Source of the DNA: Tubiluchus corallicola
Taxonomy: Eukaryota; Animalia; Priapulida
Reading direction: 5' to 3'
DNA length: 64,000 nt
NCBI GenBank assembly: GCA_030141605.1
Contig: JAQGDQ010000001.1
Span: forward strand, 2,604,001-2,668,000
Shown here: in pieces, positions 1-15,000 of the stretch
Numbering within the stretch: the stretch's first letter is position 1
Layout: each line of letters starts with the position of its first letter
Translations under genes and position numbers: made by a program
The notes under the pieces: model-generated
What the model saw: the letters and a program-made list of their open reading frames with translations, nothing else
Told to the model about the DNA's origin: nothing
Databases searched by the model: none

Positions 1-2595
1 ATCACGTGCAAGATATAGACAACACTAAAAGAGGCCAGAGGCGGCCTATATAAGAGGCCTATACTAACTATGCCAGTTTAATTATGTTTCTTACTTAGCC
101 CGCGTTTCCACTGCGTCCGCACCGACACACACGTTTAAAGAGATTTCTGACCGTACGTTTTCCGGCCGCAAAAGTTTTTTCACCCGATTTTCAAAAACCA
201 TGAATATTGCAATAAGTTATAATAGATGAAAAGCAGTGCAACCTGCAACTCCTCGAATTTTACTTGATTTGCAAAATTTAGCTCGTTCATATAGTACGAT
301 GTATAATTATTCACTTTGATTAGTTGAAACAAATCGCAGATTTTACATTATACAGCTGATAATAGTTTTTTCGGTTATAATTTTCTCCATAACTATACAT
401 GCAATTATGCAAAGTAATTTTGAGAAAATGCAATAGGCCAATGTGTGGTTCGCAATGGCCATAAATCAAAATAAAGTCGAAATTCTGCGACAATAACGTG
501 TGTACATGTTTACCACAAATTTGACAAAATCCATGGAACAAAGGATCGCAAAATCAGACTCAAGTTCACCGAAAATCAAATGCATATCAAAAATTAAATG
601 TTCTTTCTTCGTCATTGACCCCAGAAGCTATTTCAATCCACATCTGTCTTGTGAAATCTCTGTGACTGTATTATGGGCCATTTTGTCACATAGGGAAGGT
701 TTAAGACTGAACTCTACAGCGTGTATAGAAATGAACTTTTACGCGATCTGAAAAAAAGTTTGGCAATTAAAGTGCTGATTCGTGCGGAAACGGCAAGCAC
801 GGAAAATAATGATTTGCAAAATGAGATTATCCGAACTAAAATTGTAGCCTAATCCCTGATCTAAAGGTAGTATACAAAATTTGCCATAAAATGGTGGGTT
901 TACATTTTGATGATTTTTTTCAGCGTACTTCGCCAAATCAATTGCGTGGTTGGAACTTTAGATTGTTTAGGTCGTTTTCGAGAATATATGTCTCAAAATT
1001 CTCATTCGCTAACAGAGTTGTAAACTGGATTGGCTAGCTAGTACGTCAGTTTTTGCAAAAGATAAGGCAACGTTAATTTACTGCCTTAATGTAACTTTAC
1101 TCGAAATATGCGCGATGATTATCATAGGCCTAGTTAGTTCTCTCCATGCCAAATATAACGTCGTGTACAGTGCATATAATTCATACTTAGTTATATTTTA
1201 AAGTTGGCCTTTTAATGTTTTTAATCAATTTTAGTGCATTGCCTTTATAAACTTGCGTTATTTTAATGCGCCAATTTATAAATGCATAACTGTGCTTATG
1301 CCTGCTGATTTCTTTCTTTTATACTTCTTTAATAAATAAATAAAAATAAAAAAGTACAATATAGTTGAAATAGTGGCTTTATAGGTAGTCACTTTGTAAT
1401 CTCAATTTGTAAAATAGCACTTAATTGAAAAGACCACATTTCTTAGAAACTGAGAAAACTGCAATTAGTTTTGGTCGCAATTAAATATCGGTTTTGTGTC
1501 CTTTTGCTGCTGATTTAATTTCCACCACAATCCTAACTTTTTTAATTTTAACTTTTTTCCCTTTTTCTTTCAAGTTTTTACTTATGTCATAATTATCCTG
1601 TTCATCTTAGTCCAGTCTACCATTGTCCTTTTTACTTTCGGCTTTGAATAAGGCTGCCCTTTTGCCATCTCTTTGTTATTATTGTCTGACTTATATGTGT
1701 TTTTCTTTTCCTTGCTTCCGAGATTTCGTCGTTATCTTCAAAATAAATCCCTAAAACCATGCTGGAGAAATCTAAATTTTATGACGAAAGCTAAAGGTGC
1801 TCTAACATAGCGTAAAACAGACTTCCATTTGATTTTGCTTTCAAATAACGCTCGCAACTCTGCTGGGAATAGGAATTTGTGCCAAAAGCATTCAACCGTC
1901 AGATCCATCATTCCTCTGCAAAGTAAGCAGGAGCTCAGGAAATGAAACCAAACTCATAACTCCTGTATTACCTAAGTACCCATGGCGATTTTCCATTAAG
2001 GTTGTGCGATAATCCCTCAATACTCTGCAAAGTTAACAGCGGACATAACAGTGTTGAGACTTAATGAAAACACGAAACTGTGACGAAATTACGAAAATAT
2101 AAAATGAAAGAGAAATCCGTGGCGAAATATTTATCAGAGAATATATTGTCATTGTCATTATCAGCATTATTATTATACATAGTAGTGATCATACTGATAA
2201 TGTAGTAAGACTGTGATCAAGTGAATGTATGTATTTTTGTTTCTATATTTCTCATAGGATTGCCTTGAATAGCTGGCGAATTTTCCATTTGTGCTTCTTA
2301 TCTGTGGAATTTTCTACCAGAAATTTGTTTCGCCTAAAACCACGATCTTTCTCGATGCAAAAGATATCGAGACATCAATAGATACCAAGCAAATTGGCTA
2401 CATTAATTCTATTTCTTGAAAAAAACAGCCACATGGTGATGGCGGCGGCAATAGCACGTTAGTACATTATTAAATGTAATTACTTGCTAAGTATAGTATT
2501 AAAATTTATTTTACAAAGTCATCACCAGTGAATGATGCTCACTCAGAAAAGGATCAACAGCCGACGTTTCATAAAATCACCCTATCTGAATGTTC

Positions 2596-2831
<236 letters not shown>

Positions 2832-3233
2832 TGGAAGATTTCTCTCTACTTGTCCTTTAATGTAAGGTTATACTTAATTAGAATTAGATGTAAAACTGAG
2901 CTTCGTTATATGCATTTAGTAGTTCAGCAATCAGAATTGAGTACGTTTTTTTGGTCTACTCTTTGGAAGAAAAGAAATCGCTTTTCTAAAATGTTGAATT
3001 TTTAAACAAAAGTTTTAGTGATTACTTTGAAATAATAATAATAATTCTACACTATTCATTTATATCCATATCAAGCACTAGTCAACGACTATTATGACAT
3101 TTCATAAAGTAGTAAAGCAGAAATTCCATCGACGGTCATTTAAAGAATAACTTGGGGTTTCTCTTAGGAATTAACGATGTTTCGTGTTTTTGTGTGAAAA
3201 GGCTCTAGTGAGTAGAAACGAAACTTGATGTGG

Positions 3234-3299
3234 ACTTTCCCAAGCTTCTGTCACTAAAAATTATGCACTTTCCCAAGCTTCTGTCACTAACAATTATGC
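3234..3299. repeat. 33-bp tandem duplication
   Basis: ACTTTCCCAAGCTTCTGTCACTAAMAATTATGC twice, one mismatch. Confidence 0.9.
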
Positions 3300-3323
3300 A
3301 ATTTCTGATTAATCACGTATCAA

Positions 3324-3492
3324 TAAGCCCATTTCTACACAGAAATCGTGCGGTTTTTTACGCACGTCCAGCTAGCTTTGGACAGCATTCTGCTACTAAG
3401 AGCTGCAAATACAAAAGGAGCCTTGCTGTTCAAACTATACAATGTTATTTTCTGTATAAAGATTTATAATAATAATAGAAATAGCAGCAGCA

Positions 3493-3550
<58 letters not shown>

Positions 3551-4455
3551 CAATAATAATACTAATAATAAGAATAATTATAATAATAATAGTAATAATA
3601 TTAATAATAATAATAACAATAGTAATAATAATAATAATAGTAATAATAATAATAATAATAAATTTAGCAAGTGCCTTTAAGAGTGGCAGGCTTGCAGGTA
3701 TTATGCGACATGGACAACGAAGACTACATAAAGTTTTCATCAGCACGTATTATTTCTACAGTATTAATCGCTGTCATTATGATTAGTATTACTGCAGGAA
3801 AAAATATAATGGCGCGGTTAGACGTAGAGACTTATCTCTCAACTTGTTGCGCAACTTCTTTCTGCGAGAAGTTGTCAAACCGTTAACACGCTGCAATTTT
3901 ACATCTGAATGAGCCATAACTGAGACTGCGTTAAACCGTCCTGAGGTAACGAACTTTAATTTTATGGAAGTCCTTTTTTAAGTTATAGTCTAAAAATTAG
4001 TAGTGTTAATCAACGAAGTAGTAGCAACCTTGTTTGTTTTTAGAGTCGACCCTCTTTGAAATTTGAGAGCATATGTATATAAAAAAAACAAATGTTTGCG
4101 TTGTTTTCCTTTTTCACGAGTGTAACCATCACTTTTTCTTTCATAAAATAAAAAAATTATGTGATATAGATTTAAAAAGTTAGATTTCTTCATAAAAATA
4201 CGTTAATTGTTATTCTCTAAACAAGAAAGTTCTTAACTTTTATTGTAAGTTCCGCAAGAAATCCGAAATTGGAATATGACTCGTTTCTGTCAAGAGCGGC
4301 AGAAGTCCTCACGAGGAAACTACGAGAAAATTTTCTCTTGAGGCCTCAGTGTGCGATACCCATAGAAAGCAATGTGTTCCATTTTCGGGAGGAATGCTGC
4401 AAGAGACTGTTCCTCGAGAAATTTTGCTGCGCGCCCTCTGTGTAAAAACGGCTTA
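3324..4455. mobile_element. Putative non-autonomous PIF/Harbinger-like DNA element carrying an internal (AAT)n tract
   Basis: Imperfect TIRs: TAAGCCCATTTCTACACAGA (3324-3343) and TCTGTGTAAAAACGGCTTA (4437-4455). Internal 4000-4432 matches 59972-60325 in inverted orientation. Confidence 0.5.
3467..3660. repeat. Imperfect (AAT)n microsatellite
   Basis: Directly visible. Confidence 0.95.
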
Positions 4456-5673
4456 TGTTTTACCCGCGGCAAACCGTCTTGCGAATCTACAAACAACAGA
4501 CGTGGATGTCACCAAACAGGAGTTATTTTAGGGTCCGCCTCAGATAAGGGTAATTAAAAGACAAAACAATGTGTACGTGAACGGGGCCAAATAAAATACA
4601 GTGACTTAACTAGAATATTTTACTATTCGTCCTACAGTATAGGTTCGGTTATGTTGAATGTAACTTTTTATTTTTCCCCAAAAAGCTAGTCATTGTTTAT
4701 TACAATGCGTTTTCAATGCGATGAGGAAAGCCCATCGACTTTGACCAATTTTCGGACGAATTTTATCATCAGCCAAATATCCTTTTTGTTTCATCTGCAC
4801 AGCTGCTTCTGAAAGCGATCTCCGCTCAGAGAGAAAGAGACCTCTGTTAGGAGAGTAATAAAGGTAGCTTAACGCAGGGATTACAAAATCTGCTAAAAGC
4901 ATAAACTGCGTTACGTAATGGAGAAAATGAATGCAATATTGTTATAGTCAATTAAGTGCAGGATTGCCATTTGGGGCAATCTCACAGAGAAGCTAGATGT
5001 AGTTAAGCTGCATCAGTGCTTCTCAAAATGCTAAACAGGTGCTTCATAAAACTGAAAACAATTGGATTACGATCTCGCTCACTAACCATTTTCAATTAAG
5101 TGTACTCGACTAATGACTGACTGCCTGAATGTGCAATAAAGATTAGCAACAGCTAACACGAGCGGTTGGCAAGTTGTTGAGCATCAATATGTGCTCCTAA
5201 TTTAGTTAGTTACTGGGCCACATTTTGCTTTTGTTTATTTTATTTTAAGCAAAAGGCGTTTTCTCTCTACTGTTGTTTGCTTATTATATTGTAGGTTTAG
5301 CAAATCATTTTAAGTTAGAGCGTTGACATTTAAAGCGATATTTTGACTGGTGCTTTCTTGATTAAATTTCGTTGGCTGTTGACTGTTGATCAAATGAAGC
5401 TAAAAATTACTTATTTCATTACGAGTCCAGTAAAATGTTACACACAAACAACCATTATGGAGCGTTGTACATTGTCCATTGTTAGCGATGTCTATTCATA
5501 ACACTTAACTACACGAAGAAGGCAAACAAAACTGGCCAGGTGGGTCAACACAATAAAACTCCACATAATTTTGTATCGAACACTTATTAGATCACGGAAC
5601 TACATGCAAGAAGAAAGAGAACGTGAGAGAGCAAGAGCGACACACACTCACTCACGCACGCATCCCACTTCTC

Positions 5674-5677
<4 letters not shown>

Positions 5678-5736
<59 letters not shown>
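5678..5736. repeat. (GA)n microsatellite
   Basis: Directly visible. Confidence 0.97.
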
Positions 5737-5741
<5 letters not shown>

Positions 5742-8700
5742 AAAGAGAGGTGCATATTTATTATGATTATTGCGTTTATTATGAAAAACGCAGCATTTTG
5801 CGCATTGCTCTGCGCAGGACCCGCTGTAGGTAGAAGAGAAGCCCGCTAAGCCAGCATCTGATGAGGGATTCATTGCAAGTCAAGCTTTACTCTCACACTA
5901 AGGACCTAAATGAAAAATAACTGAGCGTAAAAAACGTCAAAAAGTTTTATTTTAATAAAACTTTCGCGTGTTATTATCACAAAATCATTTTGATTTTTTT
6001 ACGACAATCACTATGAGGGATGCTTATGAACTTAGCACTGCTGAACTGTGACAATAAAAAACAGAGTCGAAGAAACGCGTTTGAGTCACATTTTACCTTT
6101 ACTGGGCATTTGGCAAAAGATTCAACAATAAGGGCAGGTGAGTACAGTTCGTTCTGAGTCTTTTTGCGTAAGCGAAAGTTTAGTTTTTGTACAGTTAACG
6201 ATGGATTCATTGCCAAATTTTAGCATGGCCTAAAAGCCATTTTTACAAAGTAACAAACCCAAACACAACATTGATTATAATCCAGAAATAGGGTTACACT
6301 GGCTGCTACTATCAGGCATGGTACAAAATAAGTTATTTTCTATGATAAAAAATGGACTTATTTTTTGTCCTGAAGACCAATAATATAGTAATGGTTACAA
6401 AATCGCATCTGCTATCTTTATTTTTACATGGGAACTATGGCGACTTTCTTTAGCCTATATATATTCATAGTCAAACCAATATTGTAATGAGGTGCTGATA
6501 AAGTTGTGGATTCATAGTCGTAATAATCGGTATCGACTGTGGTCATTATCCGCAAGACAGGCCAAAACAAATAAAACTAAAAAATCCATTACAATAATGT
6601 AGCATTGACGTTTCCCCACCAAAATGTCTCTGAGGACTTTGATTAGGTTGTGCGTGTGCCGTAACTCTAAATCTGGAATTATCTTCTCAATTTCTGATTT
6701 CTGTTGTTGACAAGGCACTGTCATTAGCCTGGTTAGCATCAATCAGTAATACATGTTGGTGACATGTAGTGCTAAGTCGACGGTAGACGAAGCAAAAATT
6801 GAAGTACTTTCGTTTGGCTATTTGAAATGCTGCTCTTACAAAGGGTCGATGCTACTACAGAAAATGCTGCTGTTTATGCATACACACGCATATATTACAC
6901 ATATACAGAGAATGTGCTACTGATTTATTGCAAAAGCAAGACCCATAAAAATTAACCATAAGATTGGAGCCACTGCCATTGTTCACATTTTTTCACTCGT
7001 TGTTCCTTTTGCCTATTATTTTCTTGGCGATGAGAGCGTGAAACTTTTTGACTTTTCTTCATTTTCTTTTCCATCAATGTTATTATCCTGTCTGAGACCT
7101 TGTACTTCAATGGCTGTGGGTTTTGATTTATTATCGCCTAGTGACCGTCGATTGATTATTTAAAAAACGCCCGTTTCTTTCTCCTGCGCTGTAAGCCATA
7201 AAACTAAGTCACTAGGGTGAAAACCAGGTGTCGAAAGCGCAAATTCCAGTAAATTTATTATTTGATAACGATGACGGAATTATAACCAGAGTGTTCGAAA
7301 ATATTCGAGAAAAATGTTAGAAAGTTTCAGCAATGAAATTGTGATAAGCGCAATTGTAATAAATAATTTCAATTTAAAATCGCGATTACTTCAAGCTAGG
7401 GCGCGCTCATTTTGTGAAAAATGGCGTCATCTGGTTACCGTGCAGTTATTTTGACAAGTGCTTCAGCAATCTTCTTTTGACTTATAGAGCGAGCACTATA
7501 AACTAAGTAATCCACCCGCTACCTACTGTACGCTCGCAAGTTTACCTGTGTATCTGAAAGTCAACAAAAGTCTGTAAATTAATTACATTTATGCAATTAA
7601 TGTGTACTACTTACACATTTACAATATAATCCTATGGGTTAAAGCTATTTAACCACTTTAATCTTGGTCATAATTGATCAAATGACTAATTTTACATAAA
7701 CACAGTTAAATACGACGCTAGAATAACTGAACTTCTGAGTGAACTATAGAAATTTCTCAACGTGTATTTTCATCACAGCTACCTTCGCAGCATTCACGCA
7801 GTCACCAGCTTACGACGTTTTTTACAAATATGCCGGCAGCGACGTTATATTTAAATTACTTTTATATTTTTAAGCAAAGCATTCTATGCGCATATCTTGT
7901 GTGGTGACCTCAATATTTTTTTATTGTATATTAAAATCCAATAAATATTGTTCGAGGGTTGGTTCTTCCTTGAAAATTTGATTAATAATCGTGAGACAAC
8001 GATGAAACGTTTTACGAAATGTAAAAAAATTAATGTAGTAAAGAAAAAATGAAACCAAAATTCCGACTACAGATATTAAACAAAACAAAAAAATGTTTAT
8101 TAACGGTAAAATTATGGTTTTTAGTTTTGGGATCATATCAATTGATGTCGAGATAGGTGCGTAAGTTGCGACATTATTGCCTCCTTCCAAAAAGTGCTCA
8201 GTCCTGTCATGCGTCGTCGTCATTGTCATCGTTGTCGCCCTCGTTGTTGTTGTGAACACAATCACGCTTGTTGAACGTTCCGCAGGAACGAGTTCAAGAT
8301 ATCTATAATAAGTCCTTATCTAAATTATCCGAAATGTGAACAACTCTTTAGTTTTCATCTCTTAAAAATAGACATTAAGTTTAATACAGAATAAATATTT
8401 AATCTAAAAATCTGACCCCAATTTCCTTTTTACTTTTGGTTATTCGCGATTCGGTTGAGATAGCTTTATATTGATGAACGTACGATTTTGCTTGAACGAT
8501 TTTTCCTGTCATCAGTAGTCATCAATAAGCATCTCGTCAGTGAGTTCTATCATTTTATACAATTTAGTGAAAATTTTCAAATCTAGTCAAATCAAGGGTC
8601 GCAATGCAAACGCTTTACAATATAGCTGTTAGTCTATCTACGACTGGGTGTGCCATGAATCCCGTGATCAGCAGCATCAACTGTTACGACGCTATTTTGA

Positions 8701-9501
8701 TATTGGTTATTTATATGCCAATTACGACCATTATTTTTAGTTAAGTTAATTTTCTAAGTCAACTAAGAAAAAACTTACACTTTAAAGCACAAGAAAACCC
8801 TCCACTTACATAATGCGTTTTGAAATTTTATACCACTTGCATACTGCCTTTTGCATACAGGGCTTGCGTCGGCAGTAATCTCCCCGATGACCGTTAGACG
8901 CAGCCATTTTAACGATAAGTCATTTGAAACAAGTTTAGATAACACTGAGTAAAGTTTGAAAAAATAATCAGAACATTCGCACAGAGTTAGCGCACATGTC
9001 ACTAACTGGTAAATTTTAAATTACTGTACCTTGTCAATAAGATTAAAAATACGTTTTTAATTAATGAATGTCCACGCTAGAGGCGAGTCAAAGACATTTT
9101 ACCAATTGGTGAAAACATTTTAAATAATTAATAATTTTCTTTTTCTAGTTACGTAAGCGTTTCAGGCAGGTAAGCGAAATGCAAAGTAATATAACTTCGC
9201 ATGGAAAGTTTTTTGGGACATAGTTTAGCACATCCTTTTCTGCGTTGTACGTATATGACGTCATGTAATGACGCGGTCGGAACAGTATTGCGGGAGTAAT
9301 ATGGAAAGTAACAGTAAAATGAAAATAAATAAAAAACTTCTTTATATATATATATATATATATATACGCATAAAATTGCTACAAAGTAATATAATTTTTA
9401 AGGTGACTTTTCTGAAACCTACTTCAGGTATCTCTTTTTCTTCCCTTTAAGTACATCACTTGTCTATGGATATGTGTGTGTGTGGGTGAGCTTTACGTGA
9501 G

Positions 9502-9504
<3 letters not shown>

Positions 9505-9560
<56 letters not shown>
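9505..9560. repeat. (TA)n microsatellite
   Basis: Directly visible. Confidence 0.97.
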
Positions 9561-9562
<2 letters not shown>

Positions 9563-11998
9563 TAGTGTGAGCATTTTATTGTTGTTGTTAATATCATCAT
9601 CATCATCATCGTTGGGGTCACCATTATTATTATTATTATTATGAAATAACATAAATAAGAACAAAAAATATAGTAATTAAAAGTGGTGTTCCTAATTTGG
9701 GAACAGTGGGTATAAATTAATGGATGCTTGGCTAGGAATTACCAGATTTTTTCAGAATTGTCCCTGCATATGTGACAAACATGGCAAAACAGCAACATGA
9801 GTTCAAAATCAATGAATTTTACATATTTAATGACGGTCTCTCTTAAAACCCGTACCAGACCTGTACATATTGAGTATCAGTTTTTTCCATTAGCTTTTAT
9901 CGTCGCTTAACAACGGGCACTCATATGTTAAACATGCAAAAATTACTAAGATAAACTAGTCAGAATCACGTGTATGCTTTCTTATTTACGGTATCTGTGT
10001 ATTCAATTGCGGTGGCCATGAAACAGAAATCGAGTTCAACACACGTTGTGTGAACAATACTTACGTAATTTTATACATCAAACAACAAAATGAATTTGTT
10101 TAATCGGGAAAGTGGGAAAAAACGTGAACTATTTCCGCGTGTATTGGTTCCTAGCTAAGTTTGAAACTGGTTACTGGCTTACAGGTTCAGAAACAATGAA
10201 TAATCTGTTGGATTATTTTCCCATCGCATCCACCACACTGATCACATATACTTACAATTACTTAATACGGCTGCTTCTCTAATCCCAGACATAACCACAG
10301 AATCCCAGGCATATCCCAGAAATGATAACTGCACGTATGCGAAATAAATGGGAAACTTTGAAGCTTTGTTAATGCTGAGTATTAAAATAGTTAGTATTAA
10401 AATAAGTTGATACTATTGATCGGTATAATACCTGAATTCAAACCAGAAATACGCAATCACTGTGATTTTCGTTTGCTAGTCTATCATGAATTTAAATGCT
10501 TTGCTATATTGATCTTCCAGTTAGTTTTTGAATGCCTGAGTGACAAAACTATAATGCATGCACACGTGATTTCATTTGTGCCTTTCTGCAGGTGACATTT
10601 ATTGGTACAAAAGCGCCAAGTTTCTCCTTACTCATTTACCAAGAAAATTCAGAAAACTCGCGAGATAAATAATTTTATAGATTACTTAGGACAAAGTCGA
10701 TTACAGACTTCGTTTTAATAAATGTGATACTTTTCCTTTAGTTCAGCTTAAAGTTTTTACCTTTTTATATGCGTCTTGCAGACCATTTGTAACTTATGCT
10801 AATGTAAATGCCCGAAATTATGAAATTTGACGAAAGATCGAACGAAGATGATCGTTAGAGCGATTCGCAGTCATAGTTGTTTGTTGTTGATAATGCGAGA
10901 CGCAAACGCAGCTTGTAGCTATAAGAAACTGAACATTTAAAGTATGTAGAAAGAGTAGTCGAAAAAAAATCGAAAAGACGCACAATTATCAATAAAGAAC
11001 AATAAGGTTATCTTTAAATATACGATATATTCGACCCATATAAAGTACCCATTAATTGACGTTTAAACCAATTGTTACGTTTTAATCTCAAAAGTTCTTA
11101 TTTTGCATGAAATGTCTATGTGAGTTGTGTATGTTATGTATATCTCACAGCTGTATCAGATTTCATTTACAGTCAATTTGCTAACAACAGCCATGTGAAT
11201 GTGACAGATAGCGCAAAATTTTCACGAAATTAATTTTCCGCATCAGAGTGTAGTTCTATTATGGGCAGTAATATGTAAATTACATCAGAAAATTGTGCGC
11301 AGTGGACAGAATTATGCAACACGGCTCGCTCATTTCGTCTTTATGGTTCTTCGAACTTTCAAGAAAATTTGAATTCTTATTTAGTGTGTACTGATACAGG
11401 AATAAAAACAGGCATTATCATTATAGCCATCACTTAGCTAATCCGTTAATAGTGCTACGGTAAATTTGGCATCAAACAGCCCTAATAAACTTATAAAATG
11501 TGCGTTATTTTATAACATTGGGAATTTTGTGAAAACAGTTCCGCTTACGAGGGAAATTTAGTATCAAATGGCTCTAAAGAAAATTCTGATAATTGGCTTC
11601 TTCTGTAACGGTGCAACAAAGTCGCTGCAGGCATTCTCCGTAACATAATCATTTATTACATTGTAAATACGTTTTTATGTCAGTTTTTAGCAATGTTTTC
11701 ATCATTCTATTTAATTATTTATTTGTGTTTTATGGACTAGATTCCGAAATAAATAAGTATTTCAAATTAAAATTAAAATAAAAAAAGAGTAACACGATTA
11801 AAGAATTTAAAACCGAACTGGTATTATAAGTAGACTACACAGTTTCCGTTTCCGCGATTACGCCATGCGAGTAAATGCATATATGATACTGGTAATGTGC
11901 GAAACCGGGTATTCTATAGAATGCCTAAACATTTTATAGAGTGCCAAACAAACCATGTAATGTCTGAAATTGTTTCTTCTACATTTTTCCTAGGCATA

Positions 11999-12064
11999 AC
12001 ACACACACACACACACACACACGCACGCACGCACACACGCACACACACACACACACACACACAT
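11999..12064. repeat. (CA)n/(CACG)n microsatellite
   Basis: Directly visible. Confidence 0.95.
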
Positions 12065-15000
12065 ATGATGCAAAAGTCTTTCTAGACAAAGTGTGTAATT
12101 CTTAGAGTTTAAAGACAAGATACGTTTCCAAATTATAGAATATCGAATAAATTTTAGTTAAAACTGCGTGTAGCACATAAGAAATTGCTACATATATACA
12201 TCGACAGTTCTAAATGAGGCACGTTTTGCAAAAGGCATTAAATTTTCACAATGAAGAAATTTATATTCCACATTGGCAATATGTAAAGCAGATGCACCAA
12301 TCACAGAACGGTGTCAGTGACAAATAGTGCAAAGCCAGTTTAGCTAATAGTGCCTCAAAAAATATTGTCCTTGCAGTTGGCATAATATGCCATGAGACCT
12401 GTGTAATGATAGTCACGATTGTTGGTGATTTGAATCACATAAAGAACGCCCAGAAAATGAGATTCCACTTTTACGTCATGTCAATATGGCATATGAGTTA
12501 TCTTAAATTAGTATTCTTAGTAACTGAGAAGTTTTTGAGTCTACATTTGAAATGTTGACTCTGGTGTAGAGGTGTAAAATCGTTGCATGGTTACACTTCT
12601 TTATATGACTAATATATATAGAAGCGCATGGCAACTCGGTTTAAATTAAAATCGCTGCAGTAGACTAAAATCTGATGCCACTAAAATTTCACAAATCGTA
12701 GACTCGAGACCAAATTATCATTTGGTTCCTGTTGTAGCTACTATTGATATTTAATATTTTTGAAATGCGGGACTTTTGAAACACTATAAAAGGCTTGAAA
12801 ATAATATTTCCTAGATTACTGCAAGCCATTGACCGAATTATTTCGTGCATTAACACTGCTCAAGCCTTTTGTAAAAAGTATCTTAGTAGAGAAACAATAT
12901 CGCAGTTTTTTTACATTGCTTATAGGACTGAGCAGTGAGCATATATTTGAAACACTTGTCGAAAAAGTAATGAAATAAGCCAATTATTGATAAAAGGATA
13001 ATTTTGAGAGAACTTGTGGACATTTTGTGTGAATATGGAACATCTATATATAAGTGTATATAAGTATAACATCTATATCGCAGTGCATCTTTATTGGTGT
13101 CTGGCATCAACTTTCATTAGGACTGCCAAACTTTTTTTAACTTGAACAACATGTTAAATGTAAGATGATTCAAAAGCCTGACCAAAGTCAGTTCTTTTTG
13201 GGTAAGTTCCCAGTTTTTGCAGTAAAGAATTCCTTGAAAAATTAATCTAATCTGAAGGCAAATGTTGAAAAGTCAGTTGTCGTTGCTCAAGATAGGGGAT
13301 CAACATTGGGGCAATGGCAATATTTGCTTTAACAAGTGCGACAAACCAGTTAGACATGAATTATATTTAGCCTTCGATTCCAGATCCTTTTCATTTCGGC
13401 TGCTGATTCATTGTAGACATATCTATTCTTATACATTAGATCTTGCGAGCATAATACAGGGCAATTGGGCAGCGGTGTTTGAAACCAAATAGTGGGCGAT
13501 CGAACATTCGCTCAGGGCGTGTAAATTTGGTTTGCCTTCGTGTAAAACTAATACAGAGTGCTATTTAGAATAAGCTCGTAGTTGTGTTCTGCTGATAATG
13601 TCAACAAAAGAGCTTTCACGTGCACAAGTATATCTATCCGTAACACTTGATAAGTTTGCTAACAATAATTGTTTATTGAACATTTAGGTGATTATTCAGG
13701 TGAGAATTCTGCCATTTATCTGGGTCACTGTTGTTTGCCGTCAAACATATGGATTCAAGATTGCGTGTTTGGAATGTTGTAGCGTATTCGACTCTAGATG
13801 GCGCAGCGGAATCATGGCGGTGTTTGTAGTTTGATGGTTAACCGCTTTAAGAACATTGCTCTTGAATACCTCTTATGTGCATATGAAATATTTTGCTTGC
13901 ATGAATTAGAGGTTGAAGCAGATTAAGGGTTTATCGAAAACCCGGTATTATAGCTATTCAGCCTTTGAAGTTATTGCTTACACAGGGCTTTTGACGTCAT
14001 GCCTCTCAGGTGCCTTAGTTTTCGCCAAAATCATCGCCAACCTAGCAAATTACACTCGACAAGACAGCTTAGTACTTCTAACTCCAGCGACTCTCAGCAA
14101 CTCTCTGGCTAATTAAACATGTACATTGCTAGCAGAGCCATCTATTGAAAAAGAAAACGCACACCAGGTGAACAATTGTATTTGAGCAAATCCGAGATTA
14201 TAGCTTAAGAACGTAGAGAGCTTATGTGTGCTAACTTGGCTTTATATGGGCAAGGAAAAGAAACAAGCAGAAAGGCAGCCAGACAACGAGTACCATGATG
14301 AAAGTTTAATCGCTACACTCAAAGCGAAAGAGAGTGTACTTAATCTCACTTGGGATGCACTGAAGTAATTGAGGTAATCATAAACGCTGCTTTCCATAAC
14401 CCATAATACCCTACAGCTGTAATGATTTGGCGGAGTAATCGCGAATTCAGAATAGTTGAGCTTTGTCAGAATAACAACTATTCAGGTGCATATGACTTGC
14501 CGCAAGCATTTATTAAAGTGAGGCGTCAATAGCAGTCAGCATCATTATAATTATTCTAATCTGTATACATAAAACATCTATTCATGTTTTGTTTGACAAT
14601 GACGACATACTTTGTTGCAATAACTGTGAGATAAAAACCACTGCAATTATTTTAATCGATTTTTTAGCCTGTGTACATTTCACTAAAAGATATTTCTAAC
14701 AACAACATTTCACAGATATCATATTATAATATTTAAATTTGTGAATAAGAATTAGGTCTACAAATTTATGCACTTATATGTGAAATACAGTTAAATAGCC
14801 ATCCAGCAGATTTGCAAGCTTAATAGGCAGCCTCTCATACAGTCCGTTTTATACTTTTAGAGACCTCTCTAATATGCATAATTTCTTTCTACTAAATTTA
14901 CTCGGCATAATCTGTAGTCGCAGAAGCTTTGAATATTAATGGGCTCTTGCTTTTTGGAATTGATTTATTTTTAATTAAGCTAAACTTTGCCTGTCGTTTT

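Noticed and set aside
5855-5885. Hammerhead-like CTGATGAG cores (several sites on both strands)
   Set aside because: None of those I checked is followed by a stem II and GAAA.
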